From NCBI GenBank assembly GCA_964637655.1, contig CAZWUZ010000005.1, positions 1 through 36,394 of the forward strand: a stretch of DNA of 36,394 nucleotides, read 5' to 3'. Below are positions 9,312-17,001 of this stretch, one piece after another. Position numbers and translations under genes: made by a program. The stretch comes from an uncultured bacterium (lineage in GTDB: Bacteria > DAOPZR01). Numbering within the stretch: the stretch's first letter is position 1; the number at the start of each line of letters is the position of its first letter. The notes beneath the pieces were generated by a model. It saw nothing but the letters and a program-made list of their open reading frames with translations. It was not told where the DNA came from and searched no databases.

Positions 9312-10774
9312 TGATTATCGCTAAAAGCAGACAAGCCCGAACATGGGCGAACCATATAGCGCTGATGATTGCTTTGTTATTGTGCCTGACCCTCCCGGCT
9401 GCATCAGACCCATATTGGGATGCGCCGCTGACGGTGATTAATACAACAGACCAACACAATCTCAGTTGGGGCGACACGCTGACAATTTCAGTTCAGCTCA
9501 AGAACGATTCGACCGGGCCGGTAACGTTCGAACCCTTGCGATTGAGCGTTCGGTACGTGATTTTGCCCGACTGTGATACAGGATATCTGTATTACATACC
9601 ACAAGCGATGGGACGTCGATATGAAAACCGCAGGTCATTGGGAGATACCGGTTTCGTCACCGTGAGACCAGGTGAAGTATATGAATGCGACAATATCGTA
9701 ACTGCGCAACTGGAGTTGTACGATTATTCGGGCACTGTTTCAGTGTGTGTCGTGGTAGACGGGTTTGACAGCACGTTTGCGACATGGGTGCACCACGGGA
9801 GACCGCTTTATTCAAGCGGACACATATCAGGCAATTATCTGCAGGTGCAATACGGACCTGTCCACCCGTTTACGATTGAAGAATATTTGGCTAGACAACA
9901 GACGTACTGGAGTGACGCGGATTCGACGACGGGCGAGCTCCATTCGCTTGTCGAATATCTGACATTTCCGACCCTTCGTGAGAGTTCCTTGCTTGCAATA
10001 GAGAATAGGCTAAAGGAATACCCTGATACAGAGGCCCTTCGCTGCCTCTATCTGCCGTATTGCAACGCGTCTTTATACGGTTGGCATTCCGGAATAGGGC
10101 CGCCGAACATGGACGATACGACGGTGCGATACGAATGGAAGCGGCCATGGCTCTATGGTGCTGGAATGGCGAGGATATGGTTCGGCTGCTTGCAACGCAT
10201 TCCTGTGGATGACCGATTGGCAGAATTGACGGCCATATATAATTCTTTGGAACGGGCAACGCTGAAGACCCAATTTGCTTCATGGGGGGCGCAGGACAAT
10301 CGTAGCATGTTGTCGGAAATCATCAAAGGAAACTGTAGTCCGCCTGCTCAAGAGCAGTTCTTGCTTGGAGTACTTGAGGATACCGGTGAATTCTGGGAAG
10401 TGCGCAATAGGGCGGCGTATAATCTGGTGCAATCAACTGGTCTGAAATACCGGCAGCAACTTGTTGCCCATGTTAGGCAGCATCCGCAACGATTGTGGGG
10501 AAGAAATTTCCCCGAGGAGGTCTTGCGCCGAATGTTCGCTGCGACGGCGCAGGAGAACGGTTGTGATACGGAATTAGTGCGGCTGGGATTTGAGCTGATT
10601 GAAGAAGCTGTGCAATACGACACTCGCTTCGCGCCAGCCATGGGACATATCATTGACATGCTCGAACAGTACCTGCATCAGAAGGTGACGCTTGAGGACT
10701 CGGAAGGTCCTGAAACAAAATTGCGGCAGGCGCATCAATGGTGGCTGATGAATCGTCAGAGATTCTGCGATTGA
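9311..10774 (+). CDS. Hypothetical secreted protein, N-terminal Ig-like domain plus C-terminal helical (HEAT-like) region
   Basis: TGATG overlap with the rSAM stop; hydrophobic IALMIALLLCLTLPAA; WGDTLTISVQLKN; WEVRNRAAYNL. Confidence 0.7.
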   Translation: MIIAKSRQARTWANHIALMIALLLCLTLPAASDPYWDAPLTVINTTDQHNLSWGDTLTISVQLKNDSTGPVTFEPLRLSVRYVILPDCDTGYLYYIPQAMGRRYENRRSLGDTGFVTVRPGEVYECDNIVTAQLELYDYSGTVSVCVVVDGFDSTFATWVHHGRPLYSSGHISGNYLQVQYGPVHPFTIEEYLARQQTYWSDADSTTGELHSLVEYLTFPTLRESSLLAIENRLKEYPDTEALRCLYLPYCNASLYGWHSGIGPPNMDDTTVRYEWKRPWLYGAGMARIWFGCLQRIPVDDRLAELTAIYNSLERATLKTQFASWGAQDNRSMLSEIIKGNCSPPAQEQFLLGVLEDTGEFWEVRNRAAYNLVQSTGLKYRQQLVAHVRQHPQRLWGRNFPEEVLRRMFAATAQENGCDTELVRLGFELIEEAVQYDTRFAPAMGHIIDMLEQYLHQKVTLEDSEGPETKLRQAHQWWLMNRQRFCD

Positions 10775-10842
10775 TAGTACTAGAAAACGGGACGAGGTTC
10801 ATATCAGGCTATGGCCACATTCGCGATGGAAGCTAGACGGTC

Positions 10843-11571
10843 ATGACCGTGCCGGCATTCTTCCGGTTCCCATCGCGAAGGCGTCTGCTGATATACGCCG
10901 TGGTCATTGCCGCGCTCGCCACCTATGGTCTTGCCTTTCACACCTATCACTACCGCGCCACTGAATATCTCGACTATAACCATGATGGGATTGCCAACCT
11001 TAACGACACCGACATCGATGGCGACGGCCTGGCGAATCTGTCCGATACCGACGCCGATGGCGACGGAGTTGAGAACCACGCTGACATAGTATCCGCCGCC
11101 AGGGGCATGGGCGGCACAATCTACGACTATTCCTCCGGCGGCTACAACAACTTCTTCGGGCGCTGCGGCCTGCTCGTGTGCATAGACGTGCCGCGCCTGG
11201 CCTATGCCGACGCCGGCATTTACCTTGAACAGCTGCTGCGGGATGACTTCCTGAAGCATCCCGAGCATTACGATACCCGGGCCGGAACCAACACGCCGGC
11301 CACCCCGTTTTTCTTCCGTAGGGTTACCAACCTGCTGGCATACTGTGAGACAAATGGCTACTACATGGTTGCGCAGAAGCCGGCGCCTGGCGACCTGCTG
11401 TTCTACGGCAGCATGCACATCACGATGGTCACTGCGGCATATCCGGACGGCACCTACGACGAAATCGAGTCGGCGCCGTGGACCGGCATGGTGGTCGAGC
11501 ACCGGCGTCTGCGCTGGACCCCCAGGGAAGTCGGGCGCATTATCCCGAATGAGGTGCAAAGTCCATCATGA
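10843..11571 (+). CDS. Membrane-anchored protein with DxDxDG Ca-binding repeats and a DUF1287/NlpC-P60-like domain
   Basis: N-terminal TM; DYNHDG, DIDGDG and DADGDG repeats; CIDVPRLAY...RRVTNL...PGDLLFY...HI pattern resembles DUF1287 proteins. Confidence 0.65.
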   Translation: MTVPAFFRFPSRRRLLIYAVVIAALATYGLAFHTYHYRATEYLDYNHDGIANLNDTDIDGDGLANLSDTDADGDGVENHADIVSAARGMGGTIYDYSSGGYNNFFGRCGLLVCIDVPRLAYADAGIYLEQLLRDDFLKHPEHYDTRAGTNTPATPFFFRRVTNLLAYCETNGYYMVAQKPAPGDLLFYGSMHITMVTAAYPDGTYDEIESAPWTGMVVEHRRLRWTPREVGRIIPNEVQSPS

Positions 11572-12515
11572 ATTCTGTCGTGCGCGTGCTGATGTTCGGC
11601 TGTGCTGTCATGCTGTTTGCCGGGTGCGCGACTGCACAGTATGCCCGTCCGGACCAGACCGTCAGCCTGGATGACATGAAGGCCACGGTGAACTACCTGA
11701 CGGCCATGCAGCCGCCGCGCAGCTTCGCGTTCCCAGAATCGCTGAACAATGCGGCGGACTATATCGCACGGAAATTGACCGCGTACGGCCTGAACCCAGA
11801 ACGGCAGTACTTCGATGTGCTCGGCGACACGTTCGTGAATATCGTGGCGAGCGTCGGCCCGCGACAGGGCAAGCGGCTGATTGTCGGCGCGCACTACGAC
11901 GTCTGCGGCAACCAGCCGGGGGCCGACGACAATGCCAGCGCCATCGCCGGCCTGCTGGAAATCGCTCGCTTTGCGAAGCAGCACGAGGCAGACTTGCGTT
12001 ACGGCATCGACTTCGTGGCCTATTCCCTTGAGGAACCCCCGTATTTCGGCACTCCGCACATGGGGAGTTTCGCTCACGCGCAAAGCCTCAAGCGGAACAA
12101 TGTTCCGGTCTACGGGATGATTTGTCTGGAGTCGATTGGCTACTTCACGGACGCGGAGAACTCGCAGCGATACCCGTCGGCGCTGCTGGAGGCATGCTAC
12201 CCGAGCACCGGCAACTTCATTGCCGTGGTCAGCGACATGGGCAGCATATCCCTGGCGAAACAGGTGGCGGAGCAGCTTGCGGCCACCGAAGTTGACGTGC
12301 AGACGCTGCATGCGCCGTCGTCCCTGGCCATGATTGACTTCTCCGACCACCGGAACTACTGGATGTTCGGCTTCGACGCCATCATGATTACCGACACCGC
12401 GCTGCTGCGCAATCCGAACTACCATAGGGGCAGCGATACGCCCACGACCCTTTCCTATGATAAGATGGGGGAAGTCGTCAGGGGGATTTGCTGGGCCATA
12501 CTGAATTTGAAGTAA
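11568..12515 (+). CDS. M28-family metallopeptidase lipoprotein
   Basis: Lipobox FAGC; VGAHYD, PGADDNASA, EEPP, LESIG and SDH zinc-ligand motifs; ATGA overlap with the upstream gene. Confidence 0.9.
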   Translation: MNSVVRVLMFGCAVMLFAGCATAQYARPDQTVSLDDMKATVNYLTAMQPPRSFAFPESLNNAADYIARKLTAYGLNPERQYFDVLGDTFVNIVASVGPRQGKRLIVGAHYDVCGNQPGADDNASAIAGLLEIARFAKQHEADLRYGIDFVAYSLEEPPYFGTPHMGSFAHAQSLKRNNVPVYGMICLESIGYFTDAENSQRYPSALLEACYPSTGNFIAVVSDMGSISLAKQVAEQLAATEVDVQTLHAPSSLAMIDFSDHRNYWMFGFDAIMITDTALLRNPNYHRGSDTPTTLSYDKMGEVVRGICWAILNLK

Positions 12516-12526
12516 AGGAGCAGAGT

Positions 12527-12583
12527 GGTCAACTATGCGCTCCTGCGCTCCTGCGCTTCGCCGCAGAGCGCTAATCGTTGGCT
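12527..12583 (+). repeat. attC site (57 bp)
   Basis: GGTCAAC (12527-12533) to GTTGGCT (12577-12583); L'' GCGCTCCTGCG and L' CGCAGAGCGC as at 41-105; 11 bp after the peptidase stop. Confidence 0.9.
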
Positions 12584-12608
12584 ACCGCAAAACACTTAGG
12601 GAGTGATT

Positions 12609-13028
12609 ATGGAAGATAAACGCGCACATCTTGAAATGATACAAGGGGTCATCAACAGATTGTCGCAGCACTCATTCCTCATCAAAGGATGGAGTGTTAC
12701 GTTAGTGTCTGCCTTGTTCGCTCTTGCGGCAAGCAGCGCTAATCAGTGCTTTCTCTATCTTGCATATTTTCCAGCAATCGCTTTTTGGATTCTTGATGGG
12801 TACTTCCTCTGGCAGGAGCGGCTATTCAGGGCACTCTACAATAAGGTGAGGGTTTTGGACGAGACTGGCATCGACTTTTCAATGGACACAGAAGAACTTA
12901 AGGCCAAAGAGAAATCGTGGTCTGATGCGATGTTATCCAAGACATTTCGCATATTTCACGGGACCATTATTGGTTCCATCGTAGTCGTGATGGGTATTGC
13001 CATTGTTCTAAACAAAGGAGGTTCGTGA
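12609..13028 (+). CDS. Small multi-pass membrane protein coupled to the TIR gene (139 aa)
   Basis: ATG 12609 after AGGGAG; about 3 hydrophobic segments; HLEMIQGVINRL..SFLIKGW motif, which I recall from proteins neighbouring DUF1863 TIR genes. Confidence 0.8.
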   Translation: MEDKRAHLEMIQGVINRLSQHSFLIKGWSVTLVSALFALAASSANQCFLYLAYFPAIAFWILDGYFLWQERLFRALYNKVRVLDETGIDFSMDTEELKAKEKSWSDAMLSKTFRIFHGTIIGSIVVVMGIAIVLNKGGS

Positions 13029-13474
13029 TGGCTCGCAGAGTATTTTTCAGTTTTCACTATCAGAGGGATATCTGGAGGGTAAACCAAATCAGAAACATTC
13101 CCAATGTTACCGGCTGCTCTGCAGCGGGATTTCAGGATGGGTCCATATGGGAGGAAGCAAAAAAGAAGGGTGATGCAGCCATCAAGAAGCTAATTGATGA
13201 TGGATTGAATAACACTTCAGTGACCGTGGTCTGCATCGGTTCAAAAACAGCAGGCCGAAAATACATAAACTACGAGATTCAACAATCAATAGCACGAGGC
13301 AATGGCATAGTCGGGATTCAGATTCATCATCTAAAAGACAAAGATGGGAACACCGACCCAGTTGGAAGCAGCCCTTCTGGAATCGAAAGTAACGGCTACA
13401 AGACCTACAAATACGTTGACCACGAGAAACTGGCAAACCGTATTGAAGAGGCGGCCCAGGCAGCTGGCAAGTAG
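13028..13474 (+). CDS. TIR-domain protein, ThsB/DUF1863 (MTH538)-like (148 aa)
   Basis: MARRVFFSFHY..DIWRVNQIRN; TSVTVVCIG; YINYEI keeps the catalytic Glu; TGATG overlap with the upstream gene. Confidence 0.9.
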   Translation: MARRVFFSFHYQRDIWRVNQIRNIPNVTGCSAAGFQDGSIWEEAKKKGDAAIKKLIDDGLNNTSVTVVCIGSKTAGRKYINYEIQQSIARGNGIVGIQIHHLKDKDGNTDPVGSSPSGIESNGYKTYKYVDHEKLANRIEEAAQAAGK

Positions 13475-13482
13475 AGAATAAC

Positions 13483-13549
13483 AGTTAACAACTGACTGGA
13501 GCATTACCGATGTCCCTGTGGCACCTGAAGTTCAGCCGAAGTGTCACCC
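13483..13549 (+). repeat. Degenerate attC-like site of a different sequence type
   Basis: AGTTAAC, 5 nt, ACTGGAGC ... GTTCAGC, 6 nt, GTCACCC. Spacing fits attC, but R' reads GTC rather than GTT; 8 bp after the TIR stop. Confidence 0.45.
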
Positions 13550-13616
13550 TCAAGGAGATTGAATACTGAACGATTGAGGATTGTTATGCGCAACGGCTGG
13601 TTGTATCTTCGCATTG

Positions 13617-13671
13617 TCGCTGCTGACGGGCGCGAAAAACAATAGCGCCCGCAGAGCGCTAATCGTTAACT
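13617..13671 (+). repeat. Partial attC site (left end lost)
   Basis: GGGCGC, A-rich loop, GCGCCCGCAGAGCGCTAATCGTTAACT matches the 2246 site; no recognisable R'' box. Confidence 0.75.
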
Positions 13672-13732
13672 GATGCGATAACGATATTATAGCAGTCAGA
13701 CTAACGGCATTTCCGAATAAGCTCAAACTGGA

Positions 13733-16357
13733 CTATCGTGGCAGGGTTTCGCGGGTCTCGAACCGGGTCCGTTGCTTTGCGATGGCATAATCCTCCAACT
13801 CGTCTGTTGAAAGGGCCAACACTTCCTCCATCGGGAACTCATCCCCCATAAATGGGTTTGGCAGTGGCTCGCAGCGGAATTGGCGATAGAGTTCCGTGGC
13901 TGTTGCGGGGGCATGACCGGTTCTGCGCTCATAGAGAAGAGCGTACTGACGCAGCAGGACTGTGCGCAGGATGCTTTGTACCTGAGGAGTAAGGGAAGTC
14001 ATGCGCCATTGCCTGGGAGACTGTCCGGCCAGTGAAATGGCCACCGCATTCATCGGTCGCAGTATCAGCTCGCGGGCCATGAGCGCCTGCCATCTTTCTT
14101 CCTGTTCCGACCGCTTCATGATGCCGGCATAATCCTGCTGCTCCATGAGGTCGGCAATATCGGCGTATTCGTTGACGATGACCTGGCGGACTCTGTCGGG
14201 ATTGGCGAGGGGATAGGTGAACCACCTGCTACCCGTGGTTAAGTCGATGGTGTATTCGGCCTTGACGAGTCCCTGGAGGCGCAGGGCGTCGGCGATGAGT
14301 TTCGGGATGCGCTGCGTGCAGCGACGTTCCAGCTGCGCATAGGATTCCAGCAGCTTTGGGTCAAGCAAATCGGGGTCGCGTTCGAACAGGGCGTCGGCGG
14401 TAATCAGCGATTCAATCAGGCAGGCCTGCCCGACCGTGTGCGGCAGCACGCCCGGCAGTTCGAGCAGATGTTCGCCGAGTTTGGTCATTCTCGCCAGTCG
14501 TGTCAATGCCGCGCTGGTGTCACCGTAATCGTATTTATCCAGAACTGCCAGTTGCTCCTGCTTGAAGATGCTGATGAGAAAGAGGCATCTTAGTTCAGGA
14601 CTGGTCTGCTCCGTGTAGACATCAGGCATGACGACTTTCAGATTGTGCTGGCTGTAGTAGGAGAATATGTCCTCACGTAATCGGCTGGTGCGCTCGAGTA
14701 TGCGCCTGACGTCATCATCTATGGGCTGGGACAGGTTTTCCTGCGCGGCATCAATTGTTTCGTATGTATCGCCAGCTTCGCTTATCGGGCTGAATGCTTC
14801 GTGGAACCGTTGTGTAGTGGCGATAAGGTCGGCGGAACTGGCGCTATATGCGGGGTCGCGCCAAGCTTCAGTGGGGTATGGCGGGTTGAACTTCGTCAGG
14901 AACGGCAGATTGCCGACAAGCAGCAGCATAATCCAGAGCAATGGCAGCAGAATGAGCGCATACCCGGCGACTCGCACGGCATAGCGCCAAGCGTTGCGGG
15001 CGCGGAAGACTGTATGGAAATACTGCAAGGACAGCATCGCGGCGCTGGCGGCAATGATGATGAGCAAGGAAGGCATAGCAGAAAAAAGCAGAGAGACGAC
15101 ATTGCTCCCCATATACCTTTCGTGGACTAGATATGCGATTACCTGCGAGTCTGGTGAGTCCATGCCGGTTGCCAGCAGCGGCAGCATCAGCAGGCCTACG
15201 ACCAGGAGCGGGAATAGCAGCGAGAGAAAGACGCCGACCATCGGTCCCGGGGCGAAACACGAAGCGAGAAAGGCGAGGGCATAGACATAGAGCAGAGAGC
15301 TGAATTGTGCGTCGACAATTGCCTGAATGCCGTTGCCCAGAAAATTCTGCTCGACACTGCTGCCAATAGTCATGGAACTCACCCGGCCAAATGCCTGTCC
15401 AGGGTTATCGCCGACCGGCGCGGGGAGGATGACAGACAGAACGCTGCTAAACAGCAGGACGAGCGCCAGACCGAGCAGAAACTTGACGCTGCCGATGACA
15501 GCAGGACGCAGCGGCAGGGCCAGAACGCTGCCGAGCGTGCGCTCCGCCCGTTCGCCGGCGACGAGGCGATTGGCGACTACGATGGCGAAAAATAGCGTCA
15601 GCAGGCGGCCGACGACAAGGTAGCCGACTATGCCATCAGCGTCCGCGCCGCCAAGGTAATGGAGCCGCATGAGCAGCAGCGCGGCGAGCATCATGAACGC
15701 GACGATTGTGGGCAACAGCAAACGCAGATTATTGAAGATTAGTGTTCGGATAATGCGCGTCTGCCGCGCGGCAGCACCCGGGGCAGCAATAGTGCGCATG
15801 AATAGCGGCAATGAGATGAGCAATATCGGGACAACGGCCAGGTAAGCGACATTCTCGGTATATCCTTCATCGGAGAACAGCATGCAGGTGTTCAGCACGA
15901 TGCTGCCGCCAATCGATACAATCACGGCGAGCAGCAGCGACAGCCACAGGCGCCGAGCCAGGGATGCGCCAATGACGGCGAAAGCCACGCAGTACCCCAA
16001 GACCGCATAGTCGATAAGGAAACCGGAAGTGTTCGGGTCGGTCGGGGAATGCAAGGCGTTGACGATAGCGAAAATAGCAATGGCGAAAAGCAAAGTGACT
16101 GCATAGCCAAGGGCGATAACCAGCAGCCAACAGAGAAAAGGACGAACGACCCCATTGCCAATAATCGGGCGGCAACCTCGGACAAGCAGGGTGATGTACA
16201 GCGGAACCGTCAGCAGCGAAGCAAACAGCAATAATCCGAATCCCTCATCGCCGGCGTCCAGGCCGCGCAGCAGGCAGGCGAGTACGGCAATAATGAGCAG
16301 CGCCGGACCAAAGACGAGCAACATCCGCTTCAGTTCGCCGCGCACGATATAAATCAT
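13733..16357 (-). CDS. ABC-2-type permease with two membrane modules and a C-terminal soluble domain (874 aa)
   Basis: Start reassigned to ATG 16357 (TAATG overlap); many TM segments; ERAERTLGSVLALPL permease motif; hydrophilic C-terminal region of about 330 aa. Confidence 0.85.
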   Translation of the reverse strand: MIYIVRGELKRMLLVFGPALLIIAVLACLLRGLDAGDEGFGLLLFASLLTVPLYITLLVRGCRPIIGNGVVRPFLCWLLVIALGYAVTLLFAIAIFAIVNALHSPTDPNTSGFLIDYAVLGYCVAFAVIGASLARRLWLSLLLAVIVSIGGSIVLNTCMLFSDEGYTENVAYLAVVPILLISLPLFMRTIAAPGAAARQTRIIRTLIFNNLRLLLPTIVAFMMLAALLLMRLHYLGGADADGIVGYLVVGRLLTLFFAIVVANRLVAGERAERTLGSVLALPLRPAVIGSVKFLLGLALVLLFSSVLSVILPAPVGDNPGQAFGRVSSMTIGSSVEQNFLGNGIQAIVDAQFSSLLYVYALAFLASCFAPGPMVGVFLSLLFPLLVVGLLMLPLLATGMDSPDSQVIAYLVHERYMGSNVVSLLFSAMPSLLIIIAASAAMLSLQYFHTVFRARNAWRYAVRVAGYALILLPLLWIMLLLVGNLPFLTKFNPPYPTEAWRDPAYSASSADLIATTQRFHEAFSPISEAGDTYETIDAAQENLSQPIDDDVRRILERTSRLREDIFSYYSQHNLKVVMPDVYTEQTSPELRCLFLISIFKQEQLAVLDKYDYGDTSAALTRLARMTKLGEHLLELPGVLPHTVGQACLIESLITADALFERDPDLLDPKLLESYAQLERRCTQRIPKLIADALRLQGLVKAEYTIDLTTGSRWFTYPLANPDRVRQVIVNEYADIADLMEQQDYAGIMKRSEQEERWQALMARELILRPMNAVAISLAGQSPRQWRMTSLTPQVQSILRTVLLRQYALLYERRTGHAPATATELYRQFRCEPLPNPFMGDEFPMEEVLALSTDELEDYAIAKQRTRFETRETLPR

Positions 16358-17001
16358 TAGCGGACCTCGCCGTTCAGCATATCGCATATTCTCACCCACA
16401 GCGGCTTGCGATGTACATGCAGGAAAAAGCGGAGTGAAAGAAGGAAGACGACGGCAGCGAACAGCACGGCTGCGGCGCTGGTCATGACTTCTGCGCGGGT
16501 ATCGATGTAGACGCCCGCGCCAGCGCCATACATGGAACCGGCGATGAAACTGACGAGGACTGCGACTATGGTGTTGGTGCTGAAGCATGAAACGGTGAAG
16601 GAAATGCTGTAGAACGCGAGCAGATATGCGTAAGCCAAGGCGCGGGTCTGGTCTGGCATGCCGGCCTGCACGATGATGACGGTGGCGCCAAGGGCAGATA
16701 TGAGCGAAACCACCAGGCCGAACAGGTACTTGACCAGCCACAGGCGGTACGGTGTCACCGGGAGCGCGGTAAGGGGCACGAAAGTGCCGCTCTGCCGCTC
16801 ATCGGCCACCAGTTGCGCCGCAATTAGCATAGCCAGCAGCGAGGCGATGCCGTACGCAGCGGCAACAAAGTTGCGGGGGTCGAGCGTGAGCAGGTCGGGC
16901 CGACGCTGGGAGTAGGAATAGTAGGCGATGAGCGCCAGCAGTGCGAACAGTATGACCGGTCTCGCCGCGCGCAGTTCCTTGCGGATGAGGACGATATACA
17001 T
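16357..17001 (-). CDS. ABC-2-type permease (214 aa)
   Basis: ATG 17001 (TAATG overlap); IRKELR start; ERQSGTFVPLTALPV...WLVKY motif; about 6 TM segments. Confidence 0.85.
   Translation of the reverse strand: MYIVLIRKELRAARPVILFALLALIAYYSYSQRRPDLLTLDPRNFVAAAYGIASLLAMLIAAQLVADERQSGTFVPLTALPVTPYRLWLVKYLFGLVVSLISALGATVIIVQAGMPDQTRALAYAYLLAFYSISFTVSCFSTNTIVAVLVSFIAGSMYGAGAGVYIDTRAEVMTSAAAVLFAAVVFLLSLRFFLHVHRKPLWVRICDMLNGEVR

Larger units (their letters stand above)
41..13671 (+). mobile_element. Integron-type gene cassette array (attC cluster; integrase not in window)
   Basis: Related imperfect palindromes at 41, 947, 2246, 3262 and 12527, with degenerate copies at 13483 and about 13617. All are in the same orientation and lie shortly after stop codons of co-oriented ORFs. 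Base composition visibly differs between the intervening segments. Confidence 0.85.

Noticed and set aside
41-13671. CRISPR array interpretation of the recurring 51-65 bp repeat
   Set aside because: Copies are separated by 0.9-9 kb of coding DNA, not 25-45 bp spacers; the structure fits attC; no cas genes are present.
13733-16741. 1002-aa version of the permease, and extended starts at 17022, 19019, 20001 and 20297
   Set aside because: The extensions overlap upstream genes; internal ATGs give clean TAATG/ATGA coupling or an RBS.
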